Below are positions 51,076 through 64,000 of a DNA stretch of 64,000 nt, piece by piece. The position numbers were made by a program, and so were the translations under genes. The stretch covers positions 45,824,401-45,888,400 of the forward strand of contig CM120641.1 of assembly GCA_051362555.1 (NCBI GenBank), read 5' to 3'. Under the pieces are notes generated by a model. That model was not told the origin of the DNA and searched no databases. It worked only from the letters and a program-made list of their open reading frames with translations. The stretch comes from Lingula anatina (Eukaryota > Animalia > Brachiopoda). Within the stretch, counting starts at the first letter, position 1. Each line of letters starts with the position of its first letter.

Positions 51076-51226
51076 CTTTGACTACCCAAGCAAGGTTTAA
51101 AAGTCCGAGAATTATATGCCAACAACGTGCATTGGTGACGCAAAAGTGATCGGTTAGAGCATGCAATTTTTTTTTTCATCCGGTTTTAACATCATGTACC
51201 GATTTTACGACTTTCGTTTTCTAATC

Positions 51227-51480
51227 AATTAGAAAAGCACTCCGAGAGAGCAGACCTCGGCCAAGGCAGCAACTTTTGATTATTATTGATTATTGGTTGA
51301 TTATTGATCTGGATCACCACCAAAAACTAATCATCTGTTCCTTGGCCAACTTCTGACAGTTCCTGAAAATTTCATCAAAATCGGTCCATAACTTTTGGAG
51401 TTATGTTGATGACACACAGACAAACAAACATACAAACATAAATAGGGGTGAAAACATAACCTCCTTGGCGGGGGAATAAA
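51227..51480 (-). mobile_element. HINE/DINE-like family 3 element
   Basis: Subterminal inverted ACCTCGGCCAAGG / CCTTGGCGGGGG, (ACAA/ACAG)n microsatellite, AAATTTCATCAAAATCGGTCCATAACTTTT core, terminal hairpin. Confidence 0.7.
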
Positions 51481-51681
51481 AGCGACAGCCAGGCGAGAAA
51501 AATGTCAGTTTTTAAGGTTCCACAAACTTTGGAATTTTTATTTTATTTGAATGTGCTCAATCGAACTCAATCGAATTTATATATTTAATATAAATATTCG
51601 ACACCAGACATTTAGACAAATTAACCACACATTCCAGTATAAACTTGTCCAAGATGAACAAAAACGAAGGTCCACGTTCCT

Positions 51682-53010
51682 TTATTCGTCGGAAACTCGG
51701 TGTTCATCATCGTCAGCATCTTGAACATCATCGTTCTCCAGTTCTGCAATCAAGCGGGCCAGCTCATTTTCCTGAAAAACACGCACGATATCAGCAAGTA
51801 CAAATGCATCTCTCTGCCCTTTGTATAATGTCGATAAATTAAAGGAACTAATCAAATATTCCAAAATAACTTTAAACCATTACTATTAGATGGAAATTCT
51901 TTATTCAGCAGGACAGCAAAGATTTGACTAAGTGGTTTTTGCAATATCCCCGATTCGTTTATTTGCCACCCGTCATTCTATAAAATGACCATGAGCTCAC
52001 CTCTTCACTGGACTGGTCAGCTTCCTTTGACAGACTCCTGTCACCTGAAGCATCCCCAAAACTACGACGACGGCGACGAAAATACACACGAGTCCCTGAA
52101 GAAGATTTCATCTATGTTTATTAAATGTTTAATTTGAAAAAAAATGCAAATGAAACTGTAAGATACACCTGTGGTTTTCTACGCTTTTGTGCGAGCGAGC
52201 GCAATTGTGTGTGTGTGTGTGTGTGTGTGATCGTGAGAGAGAGTGAGAGAAAGTGAGAGAAAGAGAGAGAAAGAGAGAGAGAGAGAGAAGAAAAAAGTAA
52301 GAACCGCCACAAAAGACATAACATGTACCACCTTGCTATTATGAGGAAGGAATTGAAGGACAGCGATAAAAAATTAATATGACAAATACCATACAGTAGG
52401 ACGCTGTTGCCTTCAACTTTTATTTACATTGAATTGCTACAGTGCAATTTGAATATTTGAACGACATTGTTATAAAATATAACTTTAGTAAATTATTAAC
52501 AATAAAAGGATTAAAATAAAAAATAAGGGTCATACAATTTCTTAGAAGCCTTCTAGTTTAAGGTGAGATATATTGCCTTAAATGCTTCTATACCTACATT
52601 GCTGGTAGTCTAGTTAAGGCTGTATCACACCAAGAGTAAAGAGGTACGTTTGATTATCGTATTTGGCATCTATATTTGCACAACATGGAGCATATGAAAT
52701 CCCCTTTTTTGCCTGCGTACTCGAGACGTGTATGACCAAGCCTAACGAACCTCAGTGCGTTGGGCATTTTTTCTCAATTGTTAGTGCCATACGCTAGGTG
52801 GGAGAATACCCCAAGATGTGGTGACCGTTCGAACCGTTGACAACACGTATGGCCTCGTGCAACTGTTCCATTTCTTTTATCAGTTTTACACGAATTAAAA
52901 TACCTCGCGAGCCACAAAAAGCAGTAGGCTAACTTACCTTCAGAATCAGCGAACATGTCCATAAAGAGCACTGCCACCAAAAGCAAAGCGACCAAGGTTT
53001 TTTTCTCCAT
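51682..53010 (-). CDS. Unrecognised small secreted precursor, 85 aa: signal peptide, Arg-rich peptide, acidic C-terminal region (candidate antimicrobial peptide)
   Basis: Exons 53010-52938 (donor GTAAGT, phase 1), 52095-52001 (acceptor CTTCTTCAG, donor GTGAGC) and 51771-51682 (branch-like GCTGAT, acceptor TTTTTCAG). Protein MEKKTLVALLLVAVLFMDMFADSEG TRVYFRRRRR SFGDASGDRSLSKEADQSSEEENELARLIAELENDDVQDADDDEHRVSDE. TATA box upstream; minus-strand AATAAA near 51542. Confidence 0.78.
52206..52290. repeat. (GT)n/(GA)n microsatellite
   Basis: Directly visible in intron 1 of the peptide gene. Confidence 0.85.
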
Positions 53011-53078
53011 CTTGCTAGCTTTTACCACACGGCAATCGTTTGAACAGAAATGTGAATTTTCCGCGATCTGACGACTCG

Positions 53079-53085
53079 TTTTATA
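53079..53085 (-). promoter_or_regulatory. TATA box of the secreted peptide gene
   Basis: TATAAAA on the minus strand about 70 bp upstream of the ATG at 53010. Confidence 0.65.
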
Positions 53086-56000
53086 GGCCCAGCACAACCC
53101 CACCCAGCTTAGGTGACTAATACGAGTGAACAAGAAGAGAAGAGGGATCTGAACTTTGGTTGGCTGTCTGTGAGTGAACACATCGCAGAAAGTACCATGA
53201 ATAATAATATAGAATGCCACAAAGAGTCACAGACCAAGAGTCACAGACCTTCCAAATAAAGACGCTGAATGGACACGACAACTATGTTTGGCTTTCATAG
53301 TTGGACTCTGACAACTATTATTCCCAAGAAAATAACACATAATACCATTATTATATGGTAGCAAAAATTCTCATCGCATAGATACGTGTAGAATTGTATA
53401 CTTAAAAGGAGCCCTAAAGGCGTATGCGCTCCGATAACAAAAAGATCGATACAAATGTACATACAGATGCATTTAAATATATTAGAATTATTGATATAAG
53501 GGTACATTTATATAAAATTAATATTATTTGCAAAACACCGAATGAATCAATTTTTGTGCAGTTGCTATATGTGAAAAATTTTTTAAATGTCATTTTGACT
53601 ACAGCCGTCATGGAACAGCTTATGCTGCCCAATAAATCTAGAGAATACATGTAGCAGCGAACACATTTAACTGTAACAGAACTAGTAATGCATTCTTCTC
53701 TTCCGCTCTTTATAAGTTTTGAAAGACATCATTTGCTCAGATAGACAATTGAAAGATCGTTGTGGTGCAAATAGAAATCATTCAGGGATATTTTCTTGAA
53801 AAAAGTTTTAGCCAAACAAAGCGATAGAGTTAAGTACCGCATTCTGTGAAAAAATAAATCTATCCCGTTTCTGACGCACCTTACATGTTTTTAATCCGAA
53901 AATTTAATAAAAAAAATTATTAAGGAATATGTTAAGGACAATTTAAGCTATGTTTTTAAAACCTAGGATTTAAGGTGCACCAAAGTGCACACTTTTTATA
54001 TGGATATTTTTAATCCACAAACGTCCAAATATGTTCTCAATAAATGGTATTTAACGTTAAAAACCTCACTAGGTGACGGTTTCTTGGTTTTCACTGACAG
54101 TCCATTGCGTTTGTTGAGAACCACTTTGAACACCCGAACACAATCGGATCATCGTCACTACAAAATTCTTCGAATCACGACCAGCTCTAAAATGGTCGGT
54201 ACTGTATTGGTTCAGTGTTGGGTGTGATTTCAACGTATCAAATCAGTGTTAACATACTGTAATAGCTTGCCTTCTTATTCACATCACAGACAAAATGTGA
54301 CGTCAGTCTTAAATGTTATATTGAGAGATTTAACATAAAGGGCACCAGAGCAGGAGTTAAATTCAAATGAACTAGGTTCATGAATTGTAAATGAAGTAAA
54401 CAACATGTACTTTTATATAAATCGCAGGTTGACTTGTCAAAACATCTCAACTGTTTTCTTTGATTCTCTCATATATTAATGAGATAAGGCACGTGCGAAG
54501 GCCACTTGGTAATGTCGTGAGCGGTGTTGATTCTGTGGTTTTCTCTTGGTAGAAATAACAAATTATATATTTGAATGGAATAAGAAAAAATAAAAAGAGA
54601 GAATTAGAATAGATGTAAGAGCCTAAGATAAGTAAATTGAATTTCTAATGTTTTGATACATTCTTTCTGATTCTTTAGATCATTTTATTTTGTTTTTTAC
54701 TCACTTTACCTCTTGGTACCTCTATCATTGTATGATCGTGGCTTTCTTGAACTGTGACTATCTGTATTATTGTAAAATATACAGCAAAACACGTCTGAGA
54801 TGAGTAACGCCGTAATGATAAAAATTGAAATGCAAACTACAAACAGAGTAAATAGATTTATGAAATATTATTAATATGAAAATAAAAAGAAAATCGATAT
54901 AAAAAACAACAAAGATGGCAACGAAGAAAAAACACATAGCTTATATATTTATATACAAGTTGAACGATAAAAAAAAAAGAAATAGCCTTAAAAACTCCAT
55001 CTTTGATGGTCAAAGGTGAAAAGAAGTTAAGACCAGTAAAATATCTTCTATGCAAAATGTTGCTTTTGATTAATATAAAATAGGTAATGAACGATGAAAA
55101 AAGTACAATATTTAGAATAGTGCAGCAACATGCGCATCCGAATAATCTCCATCTTGAAAATAATGATTGTTAGTGCTTATCAAAAGTGCAGATCAAACAA
55201 AAATATAAAAGAAACATCTAATTCACTTTTTTTATAAATAGCGGTTGCAAACTACAAAATTATAAACAATACAACAAAACCAAAAGCATGAAAGATCAGT
55301 AAAATAAACACAAACTCAAAACAAATATAACAGCCTAGATCTCGATCCAAGGCAGAGATATCTGGCAATACTTAATTTGTAATTGTATGCGGAAACTGCG
55401 ACGACTCCTAGCACCCTGTGTTTAAAATCACCAGCAGCAACTAACCTCGTCCCAGCATGCGCCCGTTGATAAAGTTGAGGACCCTAAAACTCAGGGCGGT
55501 TGCAAGGCGTGATGCATGAAATCTCGTCTCGCATGAACTAACGCGGGACCTGATGGCTTGATGCGGCCGCTACGCGTGAAAGTTCACACCTTCAGTCTAC
55601 CGTTACCCCGTAGTTACATCTCGCCTCCGTCATTATCAGAATTGAAAATTTATTGACTGTCCCCGACATCCTTGACTGGCCAAGCAGAACGAGGGGGAAA
55701 TGCATGTATATCAGCAACAAACCCAATTTTATGAGAATATACACGTCACGCGTAAGGAATAAAACCATCTATTACTTTCCTGGCCAGTGTCTCTGCACTT
55801 GTGATAAAAAGAGAGGAAAGGTACAGACATTTCATAATATCCATTGTGTAAGAACTGCATAGGATGTTTTGATATAAATGTGTTGAGTACAAACTGTATT
55901 TCGCCAAGAAATAAACAGAGTTTGCTAAAATAAAAGAAGGTTTAGCACAAACTTTAAGTCATGAGCACACATATTCATTACGTGCTAAATATATATAGTA

Positions 56001-56534
56001 CGCTTTTTTCACTTTTGCACAAAAAAGAGGGTTTATAGCACGCATATTTTATGCGACGCAACTGTTGTCTATATCGTGTACGCTTTCTTTTAAACAAAAA
56101 TATGCGAGGAAAGGTTGTTCAAAATATGTTGAAGATATTTGGCAAAGGAATAAAGTGCTATTTTTTAAAATAAAAGTCAGTTAGCATGCCTATCTGATCT
56201 GTAAGAAGGAAATACCTCTTTTTTTAATGTTGTTTTTAGTTGTGTATCTATACTTAAACCTCAATTAGACTTTTTCCTTTCAAGGTTGAATGCAGTTTTC
56301 AAATGTATTTCAGATGAGTTGTACAAGCGTGTTAAGTTGTCTAAAGTTTAAATATCTGCGTGAGATACTACTAGTTTTCTACACGTGTGGAGACGACTGC
56401 GCACTTAGAAATCATGCCGTTTTTACTGTAAAAATCATATCTATTCAAACTCGAAATGTGACAATCAACCACTGTCGAATATATAGGCTATAAGCAGAAG
56501 TAAAGGAAATTTTCAACGAATCACATTCAAGATT

Positions 56535-56573
<39 letters not shown>

Positions 56574-57840
56574 TTATAGATAGATGGATAGATATCTTTA
56601 AAATATAAACATTGTGCCATTGAAAATTGCATGAGCCCTGCAATCATGGGTTAAAAACCTTCTAACAGAATTATAATTATTAAGGTAAGATTAAGACCAT
56701 TGGAATTAACAAACAAACTTTACCTAAACTGTATGGGTCTTCCTATACAAGGTCTTCCTAATGGATGAAAGAACATTTGAATGTGTTTTGTTTAATGAAG
56801 CGATGCACGAAAAACACCAATTGACTTTGTTGTTACATATCGAAACTCTTTTTCCTATGACAGTTAACAATACTAGGTATACGTAACTTTTTTACCTAAT
56901 GATAATAGCCCAAGTGATCCAAAGCCAGGTATACAGTTTGAAAAAAGAACTCAAGAAAGAAGGCTGAGAGGCGCACGCTGAGAGTTAGGTCTCTATGTAC
57001 AGCAAATTTTTTAAAGATTCCTGGAAACGTTCCCCTTTCCCCTTTATCTCACAATCTCAAAAAAAAAAAAAAAAAAAATCTTTGAAAAATATTTGGATTT
57101 TGAATAATGGAGAGAGTGATGGTAAAAATTGGGACTTAAGAACTCGAAAATCGGTTTATCAATTGTTATGTGGCATCTATCTTTATCCTTTTTCTGTATG
57201 TAAAAGTATAGCGCATAATTTATGCCATGAATTTCGTCTTACTTTGAAACTGCGATATAGGGGCGTTTTCTTACAGGGACCAAATGTAAAAGTGTGATAG
57301 GTTACTTCCTTTTTATATCATTTTTGTTATACTTAACATTTATTTCAACCCATTATTTTTACTTCTTTGCAATTTAGTCTATTTACTTTTCGATGTTATT
57401 CACTAAATACTGAACCCAAGTATCAAAAATCTTATTAGTTCTTTCATACTTGTTGATTCTTTACCATGATTTCTGTAATCCACCACCTTATTCTTTATCT
57501 TCTTTTCATCACAAGTAGGCAAAGTCTGGTCATGTTAGGAACACAAGACTTACCGGAGTTAAAGCTCTTGCCGGCAATTTTAAAAACGCCCAAATCGGCT
57601 ACATTATGGATCATGCTCCATACTATAGTCCACCTTCACCCTCATCTTCACCCCCCCCCCTCCACCCCACCCCTCTCCACCCTACCCCACCCTGCTGCAG
57701 TCTTCAGCGTTGTGAAATTCAAAACTCTTAATTATCCTGTGAATAAAACGGGAAGTTTCAGGGACGCACTTCTTTATGCTGTCTATAACATGAGGGTAAT
57801 GGTTGCTTTCTGTTTACCTACTGCTTGTCAGTAAATTTGG

Positions 57841-58190
57841 AGTATGGTTGGTGTGCTTTGAAATGGCAGTCGTGTAAAAGTCATTATAAAATGGCAGGGT
57901 CAGAGGAAAGACTAACTTCATTGTATCGTTCATCGCAAAAATCTAACGCGCTTTAAATGTAAATCGGATTATAATGGCAGCACCGATGAAAGCACTGACA
58001 AAACCATACATTCTGTTGATGCCACGGCCCACTTCGGTAATAATGGATTTGTAAATTGTGTCACAAAATATTGTAAGGATGAAAATTTCTGGTTATCTTG
58101 TATCTATGACAATGAGAATGAGAATATAATTCTCAACTGTGCAATACTTGATTACACTTCTTCTGATATCAAAGTTCGACAGCGATAAAA
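57841..58190 (+). pseudogene. Possible decayed hAT-family transposase fragment
   Basis: One frame reads SMVGVL*NGSRVKVIIKWQGQRKD*LHCIVHRKNL, echoing the DGAxSMxG...HCxxHxxxL region of hAT transposases; in-frame stops; judged by eye only. Confidence 0.25.
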
Positions 58191-58659
58191 TTACATCCAA
58201 GAACCTGACATAACTTTTATTATCTTTAGAATTCAACAGAAAGACGAAACTGGACAGATCCATTCATCACTCACAGCTATAAAACAATCCATATTAACTC
58301 TTTTTTTAAATCAGGTGAAAATATTCAAGTCCATTGTTTTTTATTATTATCGGTCTGCATTGTGTTATAGGCCTTTCTTTCGTCTATTCTACCATCTCAT
58401 CTGTTTTGGTTTTGTTTCTTATACGCTGATATAAGTATGTATGCATTTCATAATGATGATACCTTATACATTGACGTAATTATCAGATATAGCTAATTCC
58501 GCTGAATTTTACTGATACATGCCACTTTCAAAGCTGACGTCACTGTACCTAAATTTACCCTTTGTTTCCTTCCTTAACATTGATGGATCAGTAGAGAATG
58601 CAGTCAGACCGTGCAGTGGCATCTCACTTTAATTTGTCCATTTACTGGCGAAAGACACA

Positions 58660-58810
58660 GGCCGTCTTCTGGGTCTTCCGGAAGACGGTCAGATTTTCAA
58701 ATTTACATTGACGGGTGTCTAATTTTTTTCTGTCGGATGTCAAAAATGGAGGGTGGATCAACAAAGATAACTTGGAAGACCGTCCAGAAATATCTTTGGA
58801 TCCGCCCCTG
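58660..58810. mobile_element. MITE related to 553-721
   Basis: Direct sequence similarity to 553-721; ends GGATCCGCCCCTG. Confidence 0.6.
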
Positions 58811-59091
58811 AGGTAGACCCTTTTTGTCAAAATTAGTCCTGATAAAAAAAAAACAACTTTTTTTGATAAATCAACATGTGCGTCACTTTGCTTATCATAG
58901 GAATCCAATAATAATTCTGCTGTGCCGAGCATTGCATTTAAATTTTCGTACATCATTTCAAGCAAAATGTCTCAAGACAACGACAGCCAATTCAAAATCA
59001 CTTATTATAAAATCTAAACGCCATTTTTTCATTTATTTTCCTTATCATTTTAACATTAGGTTATCCACCCATTCACTAGTCTACAGGTATG

Positions 59092-59195
<104 letters not shown>

Positions 59196-62100
59196 CTTCA
59201 TTCATATTGTGTGGTAACCGCACTTCTAAATAAAAGTCACAAAATCTATTTTGTACCAAAAAAATGTATCTACACGTGTATATCAGGACAGGAGTTCAAT
59301 ACGTGTTATTCCTCATCTGTTCGACACTTGTGTATCAGGGGCAGAGTAATAGATGGAACCGTATGATAATTGCATGTGTCGTGGTCGTAGAAACGACATT
59401 CTGACGTGCGATGTCACGATTTGTCATCTTGGTCTCTATCAGTTCTCTATCTCCCCACGCCCCCTAATTCTTCGCCTGGCTTGCTGACACTAGTAGCCTA
59501 CTGAGGAACCGCAATAGATTATCACTGACATTGTGACACACACGCTAGACGTACAAGTACTATCATGGGGATTGTTTGACATCCAGTTGAGGTGATATTA
59601 ACACAAATTTTAATGCATTTCTCTACTTTCAATGACAAACATGAATAAAAAATGCGCGCTACGCCTGTCTGCGTTACATATCCGTTTCTGTTTAAGCACG
59701 ATCACCAAAATCATTATGTAGTTGGTAAAACCAGAAAAAGATGTGAAAATTTGTATGTTTATATATATATACATTAGACACAAATTGATAATAAATTCAT
59801 GGAACACCATGCCACCCTAAACAACGTCTCTGTCATCCATTCTGGGTTTATTCCTTAGTGTTAACAAGGGGCAGATGTAAGTGAAAATTATTTTCCACAT
59901 GGCCTATATATAACTTTCATATATTGAGAATCTTGTTGCTACTGCCAATATTTAAACAGACGTTTGAGAAATAAAAGTATTTAGAAGGGGATCTTTTATG
60001 GTATTAATTGAAATGCACTTTCTCTGATAAGCCTCCAACATTACAGTGTACTTAGCACCCGGGGTGTTCAAGTAATGAAAACCAGTCACCGTCAGTTATC
60101 CGACATTACACAACACCCTGTGTGTCATAGTGATAAAAAGCAGAGTTGGAGTATCTTCTTCAGCATTATGCTTCCCTCTGCGTATCACAGTAACAAAATA
60201 CATGTAATATAGTGACAAGAAGTGCTCCTGTTGATTCTTGGCGCATCAATGGTCAGTTTCACAAAGACATTTTTAGACTACTGTCTTCAAAGATAAAACA
60301 GTAGCAGTCCGTATTTTAACCAAATGTTGCGTCTGTTCTTTAAAAAATAATGACACGGCTAACGTTGACAGGTATTTTATTTTAGTCGACTACAAAGGAT
60401 TTGTTGCAAAGTGAAGTAGACCAAAACTTTTGCTATTAAAGTTAACACCATGTTCCGGACCTTAATCGGGGTAAACTTAGGACAATATGAGAGGAACCAG
60501 AGCTACAAATGCCTGGAGCTCGTGTTACCTTTTAACTGTTAGAGGAGATTGTTAATGTTACCAAGTGACGTTTAGGGCTGAAGATTCAGATTTGACTTTA
60601 AGCATTGCCATAAATGTTTTATGGGTGTCGTTTTAAATCTATCCTGAGCAATTAATGATATTGTTATTAAGAATTGGTTACATAATTTACATTTATTACT
60701 GTTGCCTCTTAAAAAGTTCTACGTGACAGTCGGTAAAAAGATTTTTGTAATCTATCGCATTCATGCAAGCTAAATTAATAACTGATTTTATAGTAAGACT
60801 TAATGTCTATCCCATTCATACCTACTACCTGATACCAATAAATACAAGTAAAAGCCGGTTCTTGCATAATATCAATATAATTATTTATAATAATGATTAA
60901 TTTCTTGTTATAGCGCATTCCATTGTGTGCATCTTAATGCATTTTACAATAACAAACAATACAACATTATACAAATTATAATTATTGTAAAATACATTAC
61001 TATATAAAATGCAAACTTACTTTCAAATTAATTTAAAGCTACTGGAAAATGACTTAAAGTGCTTCAATACAAAATAGAAGTTAAAATGCATTACTTAAAA
61101 ATGCTTTTTAAATCATGAGTTTATAGGTTGATTTTAAAACTGCCATAAACACTTCTGGCTCTTACATAAAAAGACAGGTTTTTCAATAATTTTCTCTCCA
61201 TGTCTAGTGATTGAAAATGTAATTGTTGCAAAAAGGTTTTAGTTTCTCCGCTTAATCATAGCTGATGAATAACATCTGCATTTTAACATGGTGCAGTGGG
61301 TTGTCAGGGGGTGTTAGGGGGGTTCTGACCCCCACCCCCCACCTTTGGTTTCTAGAAAAAAAAATACGCCAAATGGTCCCCTCTTGATGTTAGAAAGTTG
61401 AAGAGCTGAATTATAGTTCTAAGCTGCACCAAATGGCACCGTTTGGCTTCGCATCCGAGGCCTGTCATTCTTAAAAAAAATAAAGAAAATTATTACAATG
61501 GACTAGTTCTGCGGTTACATAAATAATTTTGTGGTGGTTGTCATGTAAAATAACTGTAAAAGCCTTTCTATTCTCCACAGTGACTAACATGTTGACTTGC
61601 AAGTTTGTGGACTTTTTTCTGCATTCCAGTTTCTTTTTCAAAAAAAGGGCTTGAGTGGGCAGTAGATCTTAGCATGAAATAAAGAAATATTTATTCTGGA
61701 CTGAAGGAGCCTTATATTTTCAGACTGAAAATATAAGGCTCCTTCAATCCAGGATAAATATATTGCTGTCCAATGAAAGGAAGTATCTAATCTGTCCAAA
61801 ACGTGGGCCATTTTCATCTCTCTGGAAACCGTTTTAAATTGACAATTCACTAATTTTTTCTTTAAAAGACTAAGATGTTCCCTCTTTCTGTTAAAGCTAT
61901 CTTCACATAAGTTCTTTTGAAAAAACGGCCTTGTGGACAATTTCATATTGCCAACGTGAATCCCCGTAATGACACACGTATATCCCTATGGCATGAATGC
62001 TCCCATTACGCCAAACGGACCACAGAGCAAAAAATAATTTTCCAGATGAGTAAACCGGGGGGTTTGCCAATGTGATTACACGGTTCAGAGGCAAAGTGGT

Positions 62101-64000
62101 TTCTAAGACCGCAGAAACTAATCAAATTCCTTATGTCTGGTTATGCAGTATTTGTCTGTCCACTGATATCATGAATTAGAGAGAGGGATTAATAGTGCAT
62201 TCACTAGTCATTATGAAGATATGATCACTGTGTTGCGTCACAATGTGAAAATAATTATAGCATTCCGTGCCTGTATTTGATGACGTGAAAATGCCAAGCA
62301 TTTTGTACGTTTTGCGCAAAATTTATTTGCAATTGTCAAAATCACAATAGTAAATCATTTTAATGATGTAATTTAAATCATACCTGAAATCAAGGGAATA
62401 CGTTGCATATGAGTAAAACCAAACAAGAGGACTGATTTGTTCGTCAAAAATGTTAATGAAATATTATTTTGATGCTTAAGGAAAAACTTGTTTGAGAATT
62501 TAAAAACCGCTTTATCGTTTGAATAGTGCCTTAATTGTGTACGGAATCATCCTGTACTTGCGAGTGTTTTGTTTGTATTGAGGACTGCTTACCACACGTG
62601 ATTTGTCAATGACTGAAAATATTACTGTAGACATAAAGGCAAATATTTGTTTTATTTGTCTTTTAAAATTCTATTTATTTCTTCACTTGTTAATTGAACC
62701 AACTTAATACCTATACATTCATCTATCCACTGAAAAATGCATAGCTTAATTAGAAATCTACACCAAACGCTACCCCGCCTACTTTGAATCTACACCACTT
62801 CCTCGTTAATATTAGACAAGTGCTTTCAAATTATTGTCTTTAGTGTACTGTTGATAATCCCATGCAAAGTAGAATATAGGTGTAACAACTGAACTTTTAT
62901 TTTTCTCTTCAACTCTGGATTATGGTACTTGAACAGCATTTGTACTATAACAGTGTTCAATTATTACCTCATATTTTATAAATGCTGTGTGCATTCTTGT
63001 TTGCGTGCTAGTGTAAACTGAAAAAACTGCTTAATAGGGCTCTGTGTTGCCACCGTTCATTGTATTCTTCTGCCAATTTTCTTTAAATGATATGCTCAAC
63101 TTACTATATTATATTATTCACAACATTATGCAAATAATGCATAACACTAAATTAGCAGTGTTGATTTTCAAAAGCATTCAATTCTTCTGAATCCAAATAT
63201 CCGAATTCGTATTGAATTAGTCTTGAATGCGAATAGTTTATACTGCTCTCTTAAGGAGACGACGCATATTTAGAATACAAACAAAACTGATTTACATATA
63301 TATATATATTCTAAATTGCCCTCTTCCTAATGAGCATTTTTCATATCTAGACATTTTAGAGCCATTTCTCGGCGACGACATCCGCACGAACCGAGTTTAT
63401 CTGTTGTTCCCATGACGACTGCGTCACTCCAGTATGATCAGTTGAAATTCCGTTACGTGCGGTAATTGTAACTTCCGCCTGGGTCGCGATATTTATCTAT
63501 TAAATTCCTCCGTCTCAAGATTACTCCAACATTACGTCGGCACGCTATCGTGTTGATACCACTGGCCAGGTCTTGGGAGAAACTGACACACGCGCGGTCG
63601 CAAAAAAAATTTCACGTGTGAATGCTCGGACACCTCTAGCGTCAGATCCCCATAGATGGACAGTAATTCGAGATGGACAGTGTCCGGTTTGAGCGACAAG
63701 GGTCCTGTCGGAGAGAGACCACAGGCTCGGTGACAAGTGGAGATAAAAAGTAACGGGTCTGAGACATGGAATTAGCGGTCTCCCTATCGTAGATATGTGG
63801 GCTTGATAACGAGGCAGGGACGAGGGGAATATACGTAGAATAATTATGTCGTAGATAAAAACAGTGATTTAGGTGCGTGATTTATACCCTTCTCAAGGAA
63901 GTCAGAAACTAAATCAGGCCTTAATTGTTAGGCTACATCGAGCCCGTCAAACTCCCGTCTATGCACTGGATTCTAGTTCATTTCTTGCGGAATCACTATC

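Noticed and set aside
51772-51815. Alternative in-frame acceptor adding RDAFVLADIVRVFQ to the peptide precursor
   Set aside because: It is preceded by purine-rich sequence; the downstream TTTTTCAG has a pyrimidine tract and a branch-like motif.
52079-52093. TRVYF resembles the angiotensin N-terminus DRVYI
   Set aside because: A three-residue match only, and the precursor is unrelated to the serpin angiotensinogen.
52774-53220. 148-aa single-exon ORF from the track
   Set aside because: Only 53010-52938 is credible coding sequence; the upstream part crosses the TATA box and the downstream part follows a GTAAGT donor.
61638-62094. Overlapping minus-strand ORFs of 102 and 63 aa
   Set aside because: No recognisable motif, splice pattern or codon signal.

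Overview
AT-rich, intron-rich animal DNA; the repeat types suggest an invertebrate, possibly a mollusc (inference only). Four genes were reconstructed by hand from splice signals. (1) EGLN1/PHD2 HIF prolyl hydroxylase, minus strand, 5 coding exons, 427 aa. (2) EPRS bifunctional glutamyl-prolyl-tRNA synthetase, plus strand, 33 coding exons, 1512 aa, three WHEP repeats; its start codon is head-to-head with EGLN1, only 336 bp away. (3) RPS29, minus strand, convergent with EPRS. (4) An unrecognised 85-aa secreted precursor (signal peptide, then TRVYFRRRRR, then an acidic tail) that resembles a linear cationic host-defence peptide precursor. Non-coding DNA is rich in Helentron-associated (HINE/DINE-like) elements and Harbinger-type MITEs. 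Other notable items: a fourfold tandem duplication of an EPRS splice acceptor in which only the last copy is productive, a WHEP exon sandwiched between same-family HINEs, and two tiny palindromes with 7-8 bp target-site duplications that resemble P-element excision footprints. No tRNA, rRNA or CRISPR array was seen. All coordinates were read by eye.
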